From Acinetobacter phage vB_Aba_01KA, in sequence record PV615262.1: a stretch of DNA of 39,611 bases. One strand, given 5' to 3'. The position numbers were made by a program, and so were the translations under genes. This document shows positions 1-11,510 of this stretch, one piece after another (the stretch's first letter is position 1; each line of letters opens with the position of its first letter). The notes below the pieces were generated by a model. That model searched no databases. It was not told the DNA's origin and saw nothing but the letters and a program-made list of their open reading frames with translations.

Positions 1-374
1 TGGCAGGTGGGTCGAGACATTATAGACACAGCTCGTCAGCAGCTCATTAAGGCCAACCCTTGGGTAGTGAACTCTCAGCTCTCCGTGGTTGAGCAGAATG
101 GCTCTATCTTCCTCCAAGACGCTACAGGTACTATTCGTATTCGCTACGATAAAGAACTTGTAGGTAAACTCTATCGTGAACAACAGCAGAAGGCACAAGA
201 TGCCGCATACGCTCAGGCAGAACGTGACGCTAACAAGCGAGCGCGTATCGTCGGGACTAAAGCTGCTGGTGACAAACGTCGAGCTGACCGAGAGGCCAAC
301 ATCGAGAAGCGCGGGGGATGTACAATGACGTCTCACTGGAGGGTATCGCAAACACCTTAATAGGTAAGGAGTAA
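1..374 (+). CDS. internal virion protein gp15 (T7 gene 15 homolog), C-terminal portion; continues the ORF that runs off the window end
   Basis: Frame-1 translation from base 1 (WQVGRDIIDTARQQLIKANPWVVNSQ...IRIRYDKELVGKLY) is colinear with the T7 gp15 C-terminus as I recall it. The track ORF ends at 360; a 1-nt slip in the G5 run at 313-317 would instead read ...MYNDVSLEGIANTLIGKE to TAA 372-374. Confidence 0.7.
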
Positions 375-379
375 CAACT

Positions 380-3300
380 ATGGCGACTCGTGGTATTCGC
401 AATAACAATCCGGGCAACATCCGGGTAAGTAAGGACCAATGGGAAGGAATGACTGGAGATGATGGCGCATTCGTCACCTTCGATAGTCCAGAGTCTGGCG
501 TCCGAGCTTTGGGTAAAAACCTGCTGTCTTACGGTCGCCAAGGTTACGACTCCATCGAGAAGATTATCAACCGATGGGCACCTCCTAATGAGAACGAAAC
601 TAAGGCTTATATTGACTCAGTGGTGGCTGCAACTGGTATTCCAGCTACCCAGAGTCTAGACCTATCGAACCCGGACACCCTGTCTGCTCTGGCGCAAGCT
701 ATTAGCTTCCATGAGACAGGCTCCCGGTACAATCCTGAAGTCTATCAGAAGGGAGTCGAAAGAGCACTTAATGGCATTAGCCCAAAGACTCCACCAGTAA
801 GCGCTAACGTATTTGACGCACTCACGGAAGGACTCAAGGCTAAACCTAAAGTAGCTCTGGGTGAGAACCTTCCGACCGCTGCTGGTCTAAACATTGAGGG
901 TCAAGCACCAGAAGCTCCCAACGAATCGTTTGGTGAGATGTTCTATAAGTCTACTGGCGAGACCATGCAGGAACGAGAGGAGCGCTCTACGTGGTTCGGT
1001 TTCGGCTCGGCTACAGAAGCTGAAGTGAAGAACTCTATGGTCGGCGTGGCTATCCGCGCTGGTCAGACAGAGGACTCACTTGATGTCATTGGCGATGTGT
1101 TCAACCCTACCCGCTGGAACAACCATAAGTGGTCTCGTGAGGAGCTGGACCAGATTCGTAACGCTGGAGTTCTCCCTCAGTATTACGGTGTCATTACTGG
1201 TGGCTCTCCTCAGAACCTGACCGAGCTTATTAACTTGGCTCTTGAGAACCAGAAGTTGGACCAAGAGAAGGCCAAGGCGGGGACTGGTGCTCAGTTAGCA
1301 GCTGGTGTGATTGGTGCTGGTGTAGACCCGCTGACCTACGTTCCTATCGCTGGACAGGTTGGCAAAGGTGCGAAGCTGGTCAACAAGATGTTCACCGTGG
1401 CTGCTCAATCTGGAGCACTTGCTGGTGTATCAGAGATGGCCCGTACCTCAGTGGCTGGTGGTGATGCTCATGTGGCTGAAGCTATCCTTGGTGGTGCTCT
1501 CTTTGGTGGTGGTATGACTGCCCTCGCTGATGGGTTAGGCAGAGCCTTAGGTCGCAACACTAATGAGTTTGCTGGCCCAGCTACACGTCTGGAAGCTCGT
1601 GAGACCGCTCGTAACGTTGATGGTCAGGACCTGTCTCGTCTTCCTATTCAGGAAGGTGAGCAGACCTTTAGTCATCAAGGCGTTAAGTTCGCTGACGTTC
1701 CTAATGAGCCGGGAAGTGTACGATTAGAAGATGGTTCAATCCTGATTGGTGAGAACCCTCTGAACCCTAAGACACGTCAAGTCTTCGACGAAGTGATTGA
1801 GCCAGAACGTGCCGCTGCTGGTGTGAACCTTGGTGGACTTACCGAGATTGGTCTGAAGCTGCTTCGGTCTGAGAACCCTGAGATTCGTGGAGTAGCTGCT
1901 GACTTAGTACGTTCACCTACTGGTATGCAGTCTGGGGCCTCAGGTAAAATGGGACAACTGCGTCAGACGTGTTCGAGAGGCTTCGTGCTGTGGACCATCG
2001 GTTCTACAACGACATCGACGATGCGGTTACTGAGGCACTAAAGGACCCGTACTTCCAGACAGCATTCTGGCGAGACTCTGGAGCATTCCGTCAGGACATC
2101 TACCAGCGCGTGTCTATGGCTATCGAAGATGGCAGCGGAAACCTGAAGGCTGAACTGACTCCGGGAGAACTTAAAGTCTATGACCTACTGAAGAACCAGT
2201 TTGACGCCAAGCGTGAAATGATGGAGAACCCAGCTATGTTTGGTCGGCCAGACGCTCAGTCTGTCTTTCCGGGTAGCCGCTTCAAGGGAACCTACGTCCC
2301 TCATGTGTATAGCAAACAGATGAAGGAGCTGTACACCAAGGAGCTTGGGAGTCCAGAGGCGTTGCAGGAGGCCATCAAGAAGTCATGGTTGACCAGCTAT
2401 GCGTCTCGCCCTGAAGTCAAGAAACGCGTGGACGAGGCACTCTTAGAGTCTGACCCTACGTTGACTCCAGAAGGACTTGCGGCTGCGGTCGATAAGTACG
2501 CCAACGATAAGGCTTACGGTATCTCCCACACCGAGCAGTTCGAACGTTCATCCGTAATGGAAGAGAACATCAACGGTCTGGTTGGTCTGGAGAACAACAG
2601 CTTCCTTGAGGCTCGTAACCTGTTCGATAGCGATATGTCAATCGTCCTACCTAACGGTCAGACCTTCAGTGTCAACAACCTGCGTGAGTGGGACATGGAC
2701 AAGATTGTCCCGGCCTACAACCGTCGAGTTAATGGCGATATTGCTATCATGGCTGGTACAGGCAAGACAACGAAAGAAATGAAGGACTTGGTTGAGACCA
2801 TGATGAACAAGGCTGGTGATGACGGAAAGTTGAAAGGTGAAGTATCTACCTTGCGTGACACACTGAAGATTCTAACTGGTCGTTCTCGACGTGATGGGGC
2901 TGACGATGCAGCCTTCGCTGCCGTGATGCGCACAATGACAGACCTATCGTTCTTCGCTAAGAATGCCTATATGGGTGTTCAGAACTTAACGGAGATTGGT
3001 GGTATGCTGGCCCGTGGTAACGTTCGTGCAATGCTTCATGGAGTCCCAATTTTCCGTGACCTAGCCTTCCGTAACAAGAAGGTAGGGGCCTCAGAGATTA
3101 AGGACCTGCACAATGTTATCTTCGGTAAGGAACTGGATGACTCAATCCGTCCGTCTAAACAGGATGTCATTGACCGTCTGCGATCTTACAGTGACCTCGG
3201 TCGTGGTACAGCTACAGCTCTGGGGACTGCCAAGTATTACACTGGCGAACTTGCAGTACGCTCTCCGTTCACTAAAGTCCTCAACGGTACTACCAACTAC

Positions 3301-4265
3301 CTGTTAGATGCTGGACGTCAAGGCTTCCTGTCTGACATCGTGGAGCATAGCCTGACTGGTAGTAAGCGTAAGTTCGATGACCGCTGGCTGAAGACCGCTG
3401 GTATCTCTGACGAGCAGTGGAAGGGCATTAAGTCCCTAATCCGTGAGTCAGTGACTCGTGGTCCAGACGGGAAGTATACCATCAAGGATAAGAAGGCGTT
3501 CAGTCAGGACCCAAGGGCTATGGACCTGTGGCGTATGGGAGATACCATCGCTGACGAAACGTTACTCCGGCCCCACAAGCTGTCCAACATGGACGCCAAG
3601 GCTTATGGTCCTCTCGCTAAGACTGTCCTTCAGTTTAAGAACTTCGTCATCAAGTCCATCAATGGTCGAACCATGCGAACCTTCTATAACGCCACGAAGA
3701 ACAACCGAGCGATGGATGCTGCCTTGTCCACTGTGATGTCTATGGGTCTGGCTGGTATCTACTACATGGCTCAGGCTCACGTCAAGGCTTACGCTATGCA
3801 GGATGGTAGAGACCGTGATTACCTCAAGCAAGCTCTTGACCCGACGATGATTGGATATGCAGCTCTATCACGTAGTTCACATCTGGGTGGTCCACTTGGG
3901 TAGCTAACATTCTGGGTGGCATCGCTGGGTATGAGGACACTAAGATGCTCCGTTCGTCTATCCTACCTCGTTCGCCTACAGAGAAGCCTGAACGTGCCAT
4001 CGCGTATGGTGCAGCTACAAGTGACCCTGTGATGAATGTTGTTGGTAACTTCTTGGAGCAGGTTCCAGCTTTCGGATATGCTGCTAACGTTGGCGCTTCG
4101 GCTTACAACTTGGCTGGCTACCTCAAGGCTGATACTCGTGTCAACGAGCGTGACTACATGACCGGGATGTATAATACGTTCCGTGAACTGGTTCCGAACG
4201 ACCCAATTACCCAGAAGCTGTTGCTTGGAACGTTTGAGGAGCAAGGTATCCACATCAAGGACTAA
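380..4265 (+). CDS. internal virion protein gp16 (core/ejection protein), interrupted by two apparent single-base frameshifts
   Basis: Three colinear ORF pieces (380-2041, 1969-3903, 3945-4265) match T7 gp16 from about residue 150 to the C-terminus (GTYVPHVY, SFLEARNLFDSD, TGKTTKE, ELVPNDP). They join if one G is restored in the GGG run near 1950 and one base near 3900-3945. RBS AAGGAG precedes ATG 380. The N-terminal ~130 aa are not T7-like. Confidence 0.85.
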
Positions 4266-4285
4266 ACTATCACTATAGGAAACGG
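4263..4285 (+). promoter_or_regulatory. phage RNA polymerase promoter (phi17-equivalent)
   Basis: TAAACTATCACTATAGGAAACGG, one of at least 11 copies of the T7-type consensus, with CACTATAGG core; +1 G about 4278; overlaps the gp16 stop. Confidence 0.8.
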
Positions 4286-4329
4286 GAGGCGCTACCATAG
4301 GTCTCCTTTAATTCATAACAGGAGGCATA

Positions 4330-7300
4330 ATGTCCACGATTACACAATTCCCTTCAGGAAACACTCAGTACAGGATTGAGTTCGACTACCTAGCCAGAAC
4401 GTTTATTGTTGTTACGCTGGTGAATAGCTCTAACCCTACCCTGAACCGTGTACTGGAAGTTGGTCGAGATTATCGATTCCTTAATCCAACGATGATTGAG
4501 ATGTTGGTTGACCAATCAGGTTTCGACATCGTTCGTATTCACCGTCAGACTGGAACTGACTTAGTGGTAGACTTCAGGAATGGCTCGGTGTTGACGGCTA
4601 GTGACCTGACCAATTCAGAGCTTCAGGCTATCCATATTGCAGAAGAAGGTCGAGACCAAACGGTTGACTTAGCGAAGGAATATGCCGATGCTGCTGGTAG
4701 CTCTGCTGGCAACGCTAAGGATAGCGAGGACGAAGCACGACGAATCGCTGAGAGTATCAGGGAAGCTGGTCTAATTGGCTATATCACCCGTCGCTCCTTC
4801 GAGAAAGGCTACAACGTTACAACATGGAGCGAGGTCCTGCTATGGGAAGAGGATGGTGATTATTACCGCTGGGATGGTACGCTTCCAAAGAACGTTCCTG
4901 CTGGTTCAACTCCTGAAACTTCCGGTGGGATTGGATTAGGTGCGTGGGTTAGTGTTGGTGATGCTGCTTTAAGAAGTCAGATTTCAAATCCTGAAGGGGC
5001 AATACTCTACCCTGAATTACATAGAGCACGCTGGCTTGATGAAAAAGATGTTCGTGGTTGGGGTGCTAAAGGGGATGGTGTCACTGATGATACAGCAGCG
5101 TTAACGAGCGCATTAAACGACATACCGGTTGGACAAAAGATTAATGGCAATGGGAAGACATATAAGGTCACATCCCTGCCTGATATTAGTCGCTTCATCA
5201 ACACTCGTTTCGTTTATGAGCGCATTCCCGGACAACCTCTTTATTATGCCTCTGAAGAATTTGTTCAGGGTGAGTTGTTCAAAATAACGGACACCCCTTA
5301 TTACAATGCGTGGCCTCAGGATAAAGCGTTCGTATATGAGAATGTGATATATGCACCTTACATGGGTAGTGATCGTCATGGCGTTAGTCGTCTGCATGTA
5401 TCATGGGTTAAGTCTGGTGATGATGGTCAAACATGGTCTACTCCAGAGTGGTTAACTGATCTGCATCCAGATTACCCTACAGTGAACTATCATTGTATGA
5501 GTATGGGTGTATGTCGCAACCGTCTGTTTGCCATGATTGAAACACGTACTTTAGCCAAGAACGAATTAACCAATTGTGCATTGTGGGATCGCCCCATGTC
5601 TCGTAGCCTGCATCTTACTGGTGGTATCACTAAAGCTGCAAATCAGCGATATGCAACAATACATGTACCAGACCACGGACTATTCGTGGGTGATTTTGTT
5701 AACTTCTCTAATTCTTCGGTAACAGGTGTATCCGGTGATATGACTGTTGCAACCGTAATAGATAAGGACAACTTCACGGTTCTTACACCCAACCAGCAGA
5801 CTTCAGATTCGAATAACGCTGGAAAGAATTGGCACATGGGTACTTCTTTCCATAAGTCTCCATGGCGTAAGACAGACCTTGGTCTAATCCCTCGTGTCAC
5901 AGAGGTGCATAGCTTTGCTACTATTGATAACAACGGCTTTGTTATGGGCTATCATCAAGGCGATGTAGCTCCACGCGAAGTTGGGCTTTTCTACTTCCCT
6001 GATGCTTTCAATAGCCCATCTAGTTATGTTCGTCGTCAGATACCATCTGAGTATGAACCAGATGCGTCAGAGCCGTGCATCAAGTACTATGACGGTGTAT
6101 TATACCTTATCACTCGTGGCACTCGTGGGGATAGACTAGGTAGCTCTTTGCATCGTAGTAGAGACATAGGTCAGACTTGGGAGTCACTGAGATTTCCACA
6201 TAATGTTCATCATACTACATTACCTTTTGCTAAAGTAGGGGATGACCTTATTATGTTTGGTTCAGAACGTGCAGAAAATGAATGGGAAGCAGGTGCACCA
6301 GATGATCGTTACAAGGCATCTTACCCTCGCACCTTCTATGCACGCTTGAATGTAAACAATTGGAATGCAGATGATATTGAATGGGTTAACATCACTGACC
6401 AGATTTATCAGGGCGGAATAGTTAACTCAGGTGTAGGTGTTGGTTCGGTAGTTGTGAAGGATAATTACATCTACTACATATTTGGTGGAGAGGACCATTT
6501 TAACCCATGGACATATGGAGATAACTCAGCGAAGGATCCCTTCAAATCGGATGGTCATCCCTCAGATTTGTATTGCTACAAAATGAAGATTGGCCAAAGC
6601 AATCATGTTTCCCGTGACTTCAGGTATGGTGCTGTACCTAACAGAGCTGTTCCGTGTTTTTTGATACGAATGGGATTCGCACTGTTCCTGCGCCAATGGA
6701 ATTTACAGGGGATTTGGGTTTAGGTCATGTGACCCTTAGAGCCAGCACCAGTAGTAACATTCGCTCTGAAGTTTTAATGGAAGGTGAATATGGGTTTATC
6801 GGGAAGTCTATACCGACTGATAACCCGGCAGGGCAGCGCATCATATTTTGCGGGTGAAGGCACCAGTTCAACGACTGGCGCACAGATTACGCTTTATGGT
6901 GCAAATAACACCGACTCAAGGCGAATAGTTTACAATGGTGCTGAGCATCTGTTCCAGAATGCTGACGTTAAGCCTTATCTCGATAACGTGATTGCGCTTG
7001 GTGGGCCAAGCAACCGATTCACTACTGCATACCTTGGAAGCAACCCTATTGTTACTTCTAATGGGGAGAGGAAAACAGAGCCGGTAGTTTTTGATGATGC
7101 TTTCCTAGATGCCTGGGGTGACGTTCACTACATCATGTATCAATGGTTAGATGCTGTTCAACTGAAAGGCAATGATGCTCGTATTCACTTCGGGGTTATT
7201 GCTCAGCAAATTCGTGATGTATTCATTGCACACGGTCTGATGGATGAAAACAGTACGAATTGTCGTTATGCCGTTCTGTGTTATGACAAGTATCCACGGA

Positions 7301-7521
7301 TGGCCGATACGGTATTTTCGCACAATGAAATCATTGAACACACTGACGAGGAGGGTAATGTCACCACTACGGAAGAGCCTGTATTCACTGAGGTGGTTAT
7401 CCATGAAGAGGGTGAGGAGTGGGGTGTTCGGCCTGACGGAATTTTCTTTGCTGAAGCCGCTTATCAGAGAAGAAAACTGGAAAGAATCGAAGCCAGACTT
7501 TCTGCTCTTGAACAGAAGTAA
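4330..7521 (+). CDS. tailspike protein gp17 with endosialidase (endo-N-acetylneuraminidase) domain and C-terminal intramolecular chaperone domain; two apparent frameshifts
   Basis: N-terminus resembles the T7 gp17 adaptor (EFDYLARTFIVVTL, DYRF, LVDFRNGSVLTASDL). Asp-box motifs SGDDGQTWS and SRDIGQTWES. C-terminal ...IHFGVIAQQIRDVF...RKLERIEARLSALEQK fits the self-cleaving chaperone domain. Pieces 4330-6723, 6654-6857 and 6784-7521 join via indels near 6655 and in the T run near 6845. RBS AGGAGG. Confidence 0.85.
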
Positions 7522-7656
7522 TAAACAAAACCCTTTTGCCATTAAGTTGGTGGGGGTAGATGTTAGAAGGTTGTGGAGGTAGAGGCTAACTACACGCTAA
7601 ACAACGTATGGTAACAACTTTGGGTCACGGACGACCCGCTTTAAACTGGAGGTTTT

Positions 7657-7851
7657 ATGATTGAGTTAGACTTCAAGAATGAGGTCCTTAAAGCCTCTCC
7701 TATCGTCGGGACCGCTGCGGCTGATGGTGCCAGTCGGTTCTTCTTCGGACTTACACTGAACGAATGGTTCTACGTTGCAGCTATCGCGTACACCGTTGTC
7801 CAGATTGGTGTGCTAGTCTACAAAACGATTAAAGGAGGTGGTAAAACATGA
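7657..7851 (+). CDS. class II holin (T7 gp17.5 homolog)
   Basis: 64 aa; FFFGLTLNEWFYVAAIAYTVVQIG matches the T7 gp17.5 core as I recall it; RBS GGAGG; syntenic after the tailspike. Confidence 0.8.
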   Translation: MIELDFKNEVLKASPIVGTAAADGASRFFFGLTLNEWFYVAAIAYTVVQIGVLVYKTIKGGGKT

Positions 7852-8111
7852 CGCAGATGGACTTAGAGAAGTTCCTCTTGATGCTTGATACTGAGCGTGC
7901 TCGACTTATGCTGCAAGACTTGCGGGATGACACTAAGCGTTCACCTCAGCTCTACAACTCCATTGAGAAGCTACTGGCTCGTCACAACTTTGTGTTAAGC
8001 AAGGTGTCTGTTGACGAGAAGACGCTGGCTGATATGGAGGCCCTGAACGCAGAGTACGATAAGGTGCTCTCCGCTACGGAAGATAATGACACCGGGTACG
8101 GTGTTCAATAA
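7848..8111 (+). CDS. terminase small subunit (T7 gp18 homolog)
   Basis: 87 aa ORF at the position and size of T7 gene 18; start overlaps the holin stop (ATGA). Confidence 0.7.
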   Translation: MTQMDLEKFLLMLDTERARLMLQDLRDDTKRSPQLYNSIEKLLARHNFVLSKVSVDEKTLADMEALNAEYDKVLSATEDNDTGYGVQ

Positions 8112-8115
8112 GTGT

Positions 8116-8168
8116 TAGACTCAAGGTCATTACTATATGTAGTGGCCTTTATGGTTAACACTAACTAG
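8116..8168 (+). promoter_or_regulatory. conserved RNA hairpin, probable RNase III processing site (R18.5-like)
   Basis: TAGACTCAAGGTCAT box; stem AAGGUCAUUAC/GUAGUGGCCUU with two G-U wobbles; same element recurs at 17371 and 24121 with compensatory changes. Confidence 0.5.
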
Positions 8169-8212
8169 TGGAGGCGACTCTACGTGAAATCTGATAAACC
8201 GGGAGGGCAACT

Positions 8213-8662
8213 ATGCTCGAATTTTTAAAGAGGGCGGCTCCGTGGTTACTTGCAGCAGTGATGTTTGCTGGTGGCTACCACACCGCTAACAATAAGTGGG
8301 AGGCTAAGGTCAATGAAGAATACACCTCGAATCTTAAGGCATCGGAGGATACAAGACTTGCTGTCCAAGCTGAAGTCAACAAAGTGTCCAAACGGTTTCA
8401 GGACGAAATGTCCTCGCTGGAAGGCAGCACTGATAGGATTATTGCTGACCTTCAGTCTGACAATAAGCGGCTGCGCATCCGAGTCAAACCAACGAGTGGA
8501 ACCACGCAAAGTGACGGTCGATGCGTCATTGATGGTTACGCCGAACTTGACGAACGAGATGCTAAACGTCTTATCGCCATCGGAGTGAAAGGAGACAAGT
8601 GGATTAAGGCACTTCAAGACACTGTGAGAGCCTTACAGCAAGATAAGGAGGTGACGCATTGA
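8213..8662 (+). CDS. i-spanin (Rz-like, T7 gp18.5 homolog)
   Basis: 149 aa, N-terminal hydrophobic segment ([12 protein letters not shown]) then charged coiled-coil-like region; syntenic between the terminase subunits; RBS GGGAGGG. Confidence 0.7.
   Translation: MLEFLKRAAPWLLAAVMFAGGYHTANNKWEAKVNEEYTSNLKASEDTRLAVQAEVNKVSKRFQDEMSSLEGSTDRIIADLQSDNKRLRIRVKPTSGTTQSDGRCVIDGYAELDERDAKRLIAIGVKGDKWIKALQDTVRALQQDKEVTH
8265..8588 (+). CDS. candidate o-spanin (Rz1-like lipoprotein, gp18.7 equivalent) embedded in the +1 frame of the i-spanin gene; true start uncertain
   Basis: Embedded ORF encodes ...[20 protein letters not shown], a lipoprotein-type signal with lipobox ISGC, followed by a short mature peptide; the N-terminal part of the listed ORF is probably not translated. 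Confidence 0.4.
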   Translation: MLVATTPLTISGRLRSMKNTPRILRHRRIQDLLSKLKSTKCPNGFRTKCPRWKAALIGLLLTFSLTISGCASESNQRVEPRKVTVDASLMVTPNLTNEMLNVLSPSE

Positions 8663-10420
8663 GTAAAGATTTAGTGGCGCGTCAGGCGCTAATGACAGCA
8701 CGTATGAAGTCAGACTTCGTGTTCTTCCTGTTCGTCCTGTGGAAAGCTCTGTCACTACCAGTCCCTACTCGCTGTCAGATTGACATGGCGAAGAAACTAT
8801 CGGCTGGGGACAACAGGCGTTTCATCCTACAGGCGTTCCGTGGTATCGGGAAGTCATTCATTACGTGCGCATTCGTGGTATGGAAACTGTGGAACAACCC
8901 AGACTTGAAGTTCATGATTGTGTCGGCATCAAAGGAACGAGCCGATGCGAACTCCATCTTCATCAAGCGCATCATCGACCTCATGCCTCAGCTTAGGGAA
9001 CTCAAACCTAAGCAGGGACAGCGAGATGCGGTTATCAGCTTCGACGTTGGGCCAGCCAAGCCAGACCACTCACCTTCGGTTAAGTCCGTTGGTATCACTG
9101 GTCAGTTGACTGGTAGTCGTGCTGACCTCCTGATTGCCGATGACGTGGAGGTTCCAAACAACTCAGCTACTCAGGCTGCCCGAGACCGTCTGTCAGAGCT
9201 TGTGAAAGAGTTCGACGCTATCCTGAAGCCGGGAGGTACAATCATCTATCTAGGTACTCCTCAGAACGAGATGACCCTGTACCGTGAGCTGGAAGGCCGT
9301 GGATACACCACTACCATCTGGCCCGCTCGCTACCCACGCGATAAGAAGGACTGGCAGTCTTACGGCGACCGTCTGGCTCCTATGCTTCAGGCAGAGCTGG
9401 AAGAGGACCCTGAGTCCTTCTACTGGCGTCCTACCGATGAAGTACGATTCGATGATACGGACCTGAAGGAACGTGAGCTGTCCTATGGTAAAGCTGGCTT
9501 CGCTCTACAGTTCATGCTTAACCCTAACCTGAGTGATGCCGAGAAGTACCCTCTGAAGCTCCGTGACCTTATCGTAGCAGACTTGGACCCAGCGTCTAGC
9601 CCAATGGTCTACCAATGGCTTCCTAACCCTCAGAACAAGCGTGAGGACGTTCCTAACGTTGGACTCATGGGTGACTCATACCACACGTATCAGACTGTAG
9701 GTTCTGCCTTCAGTTCGTACACCCAGAAGATTCTGGTCATTGACCCTAGTGGTCGTGGTAAGGATGAAACTGGTTATGCGGTACTGTATCAGCTCAACGG
9801 CTACATCTTCGCTATGGAAGTTGGCGGTATGCGAGGTGGCTATGAAGACTCTACGCTGGAAGCCTTAGCTAAGATTGGTCGTAAGTGGAAGGTCAACGAA
9901 TACGTCATTGAGGGTAACTTCGGTGATGGTATGTACCTTGAGCTATTCAAGCCTGTAGCTTCCCGTATTCATCCTGCTGCTGTAACTGAAGTGAAGAGTA
10001 AGGGTCAGAAGGAACTCCGCATCTGTGACGTTCTGGAGCCTATCATGGGGTCTCACCGACTTATCGTCAACGCTGCTGCTATCGTCCAAGATTACCAGTC
10101 GGCCTCTGATAAGGATGGTGTTCGTAACCCTATCTACTCTCTTCTACCAGATGACACGTATCTCTCGTGAACGTGGAGCATTGGCACACGATGACCGACT
10201 TGATGCGCTGGCTATCGGTGTACAGTTCTTCGTTGAGTCGATGGCTAAGGATGCCAACAAAGGCGAACGTGAAGTCACTGAGGAATGGCTGGAGGAACAG
10301 ATGGAGAACCCACGGAAAGGCTTCGAGTCCATCAACACGGAGTTCTGGGACAATGGGGTCCGGGTAACTCACGATACGGACGACGGGCTGGGACTAGGGT
10401 CCTACGTTACGTTCCACTAG
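8659..10420 (+). CDS. terminase large subunit (T7 gp19 homolog), one apparent frameshift near 10140-10170
   Basis: Strong colinear match to T7 gp19 ([75 protein letters not shown]); C-terminal piece 10025-10420 ([14 protein letters not shown]) is in another frame. Confidence 0.9.
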
Positions 10421-10430
10421 CTGAATGAAT

Positions 10431-10477
10431 AACTATAGGTGAAAACTGCATGAATACGCAGTTAGTAACCTATAGTT
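10431..10477 (+). other. nested perfect inverted repeat just after gene 19
   Basis: AACTATAGGT (10431-10440) and ACCTATAGTT (10468-10477) are perfect reverse complements; inner AACTGC/GCAGTT at 10444-10449 and 10458-10463. Confidence 0.5.
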
Positions 10478-10515
10478 ACTACCAGTCTAACCTACTGTTT
10501 TACAAGGAGTTTGGA

Positions 10516-10538
10516 CTTAACTATCACTATAGGGAAGA
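10516..10538 (+). promoter_or_regulatory. phage RNA polymerase promoter (phiOR-equivalent near the right genome end)
   Basis: CTTAACTATCACTATAGGGAAGA, consensus match; located after gene 19 as phiOR is in T7. Confidence 0.75.
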
Positions 10539-10716
10539 CCCCCGGTTACTTATAGTATTACTGTAGTGAATATACATATGCAGACTTTATGCAAGACCTT
10601 AGGAGGCAGACTCCGAGTTCTTACCTAAGGCTTGCACCAATGGAAGGAGGTGATATTAATCATAATCCCTCCAATACAGATAGTCACCGACCATAGATAC
10701 AGGAGGTATGTAGCAT

Positions 10717-10875
10717 ATGGAAAAGACCAAAGCTGTACTTAAAGCTCTGGCGACCAATCGAGCTACATACAGGTTTCTTGCTGCTGTTCTACTTGCTGCT
10801 GGCGTTACTGCTGGAAGTCAGTGGGTCGGGTGGGTCGAGGCTCTCGTATGTTCTCTGGTGTCTCAGTGTAATTAA
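10717..10875 (+). CDS. small hydrophobic protein (52 aa), position-equivalent to T7 gene 19.5
   Basis: ATG 10717 preceded by AGGAGGT; translation MEKTKAVLKALATNRATYRFLAAVLLAAGVTAGSQWVGWVEALVCSLVSQCN; below the 60-aa track cutoff. Confidence 0.4.
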   Translation: MEKTKAVLKALATNRATYRFLAAVLLAAGVTAGSQWVGWVEALVCSLVSQCN

Positions 10876-11315
10876 CGCAATCATGGTAACGATTCATGAG
10901 CGGAAGACCTAAGGTCAGTACGTGGATAAAGACCCACTCTACTGACCTTAGCTACTGTAGTCAAGGACTTTAGGTAACACCTTAATAGAAGCTCACTTAG
11001 GGTCATCCTACTTATTGGTCTATCCTAGTGTCGCCTGACCTACGGTCCTTGACCTACAGTGGCTGTGGCCTACAGTAGTGACGATGAGTTTTGGACCAAA
11101 AGTTTGAGACCACATCTCACAGTTCAAGAACCTCAAGTCTCCCCCATAGGCCCTCTTTAAGTCCAGACCAAAGGCCCTACCCTTGGACCGATGGTCAAGA
11201 CTTCAGGTCAACGATAGGTCTAGGCTATGGCTTAGGGTGGAGACGATAGGTAGAGGCTATAGGTCTTCTTTGAGTCTCTATCTGTATAGTGTTATAGTAT
11301 AACATTACGTCCTAC

Positions 11316-11398
11316 TACCTACAGTCTAACTACCTACAGTCTAACTACCTACAGTCACAACCATAAGACACCAACACCTACAGTCATAGACCTACAGT
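11316..11398 (+). repeat. tandem/dispersed CCTACAGT-containing short repeats in the terminal-repeat-adjacent region
   Basis: 15-bp unit TACCTACAGTCTAAC about three times in tandem (11316-11360), further CCTACAGT copies at 11377-11398 and 11051-11078; analogous in position to the CCTAAAG arrays near the T7 left end. Confidence 0.6.
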
Positions 11399-11451
11399 TA
11401 ATAGACACAAAGCTATAGACTTAAGGTCAAAGACATGTTAGTCAAAGACTA

Positions 11452-11474
11452 TATCCTCTTAGTCACTATGGGGC
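11452..11474 (+). promoter_or_regulatory. degenerate phage-promoter-like sequence (possible phiOL equivalent)
   Basis: TCTTAGTCACTATGGGGCC keeps the TCACTAT core but diverges at flanking positions; followed by an AT-rich stretch and the A1-like promoter, as for T7 phiOL. Confidence 0.3.
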
Positions 11475-11510
11475 CGACGATAGCTTAATCAATATTATTT
11501 AAATAACCTA

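Noticed and set aside
11316-11360. Tandem 15-bp repeats as a possible CRISPR array
   Set aside because: Units are too short, contiguous without spacers, and sit in the terminal region where T7-like phages carry short repeat arrays.
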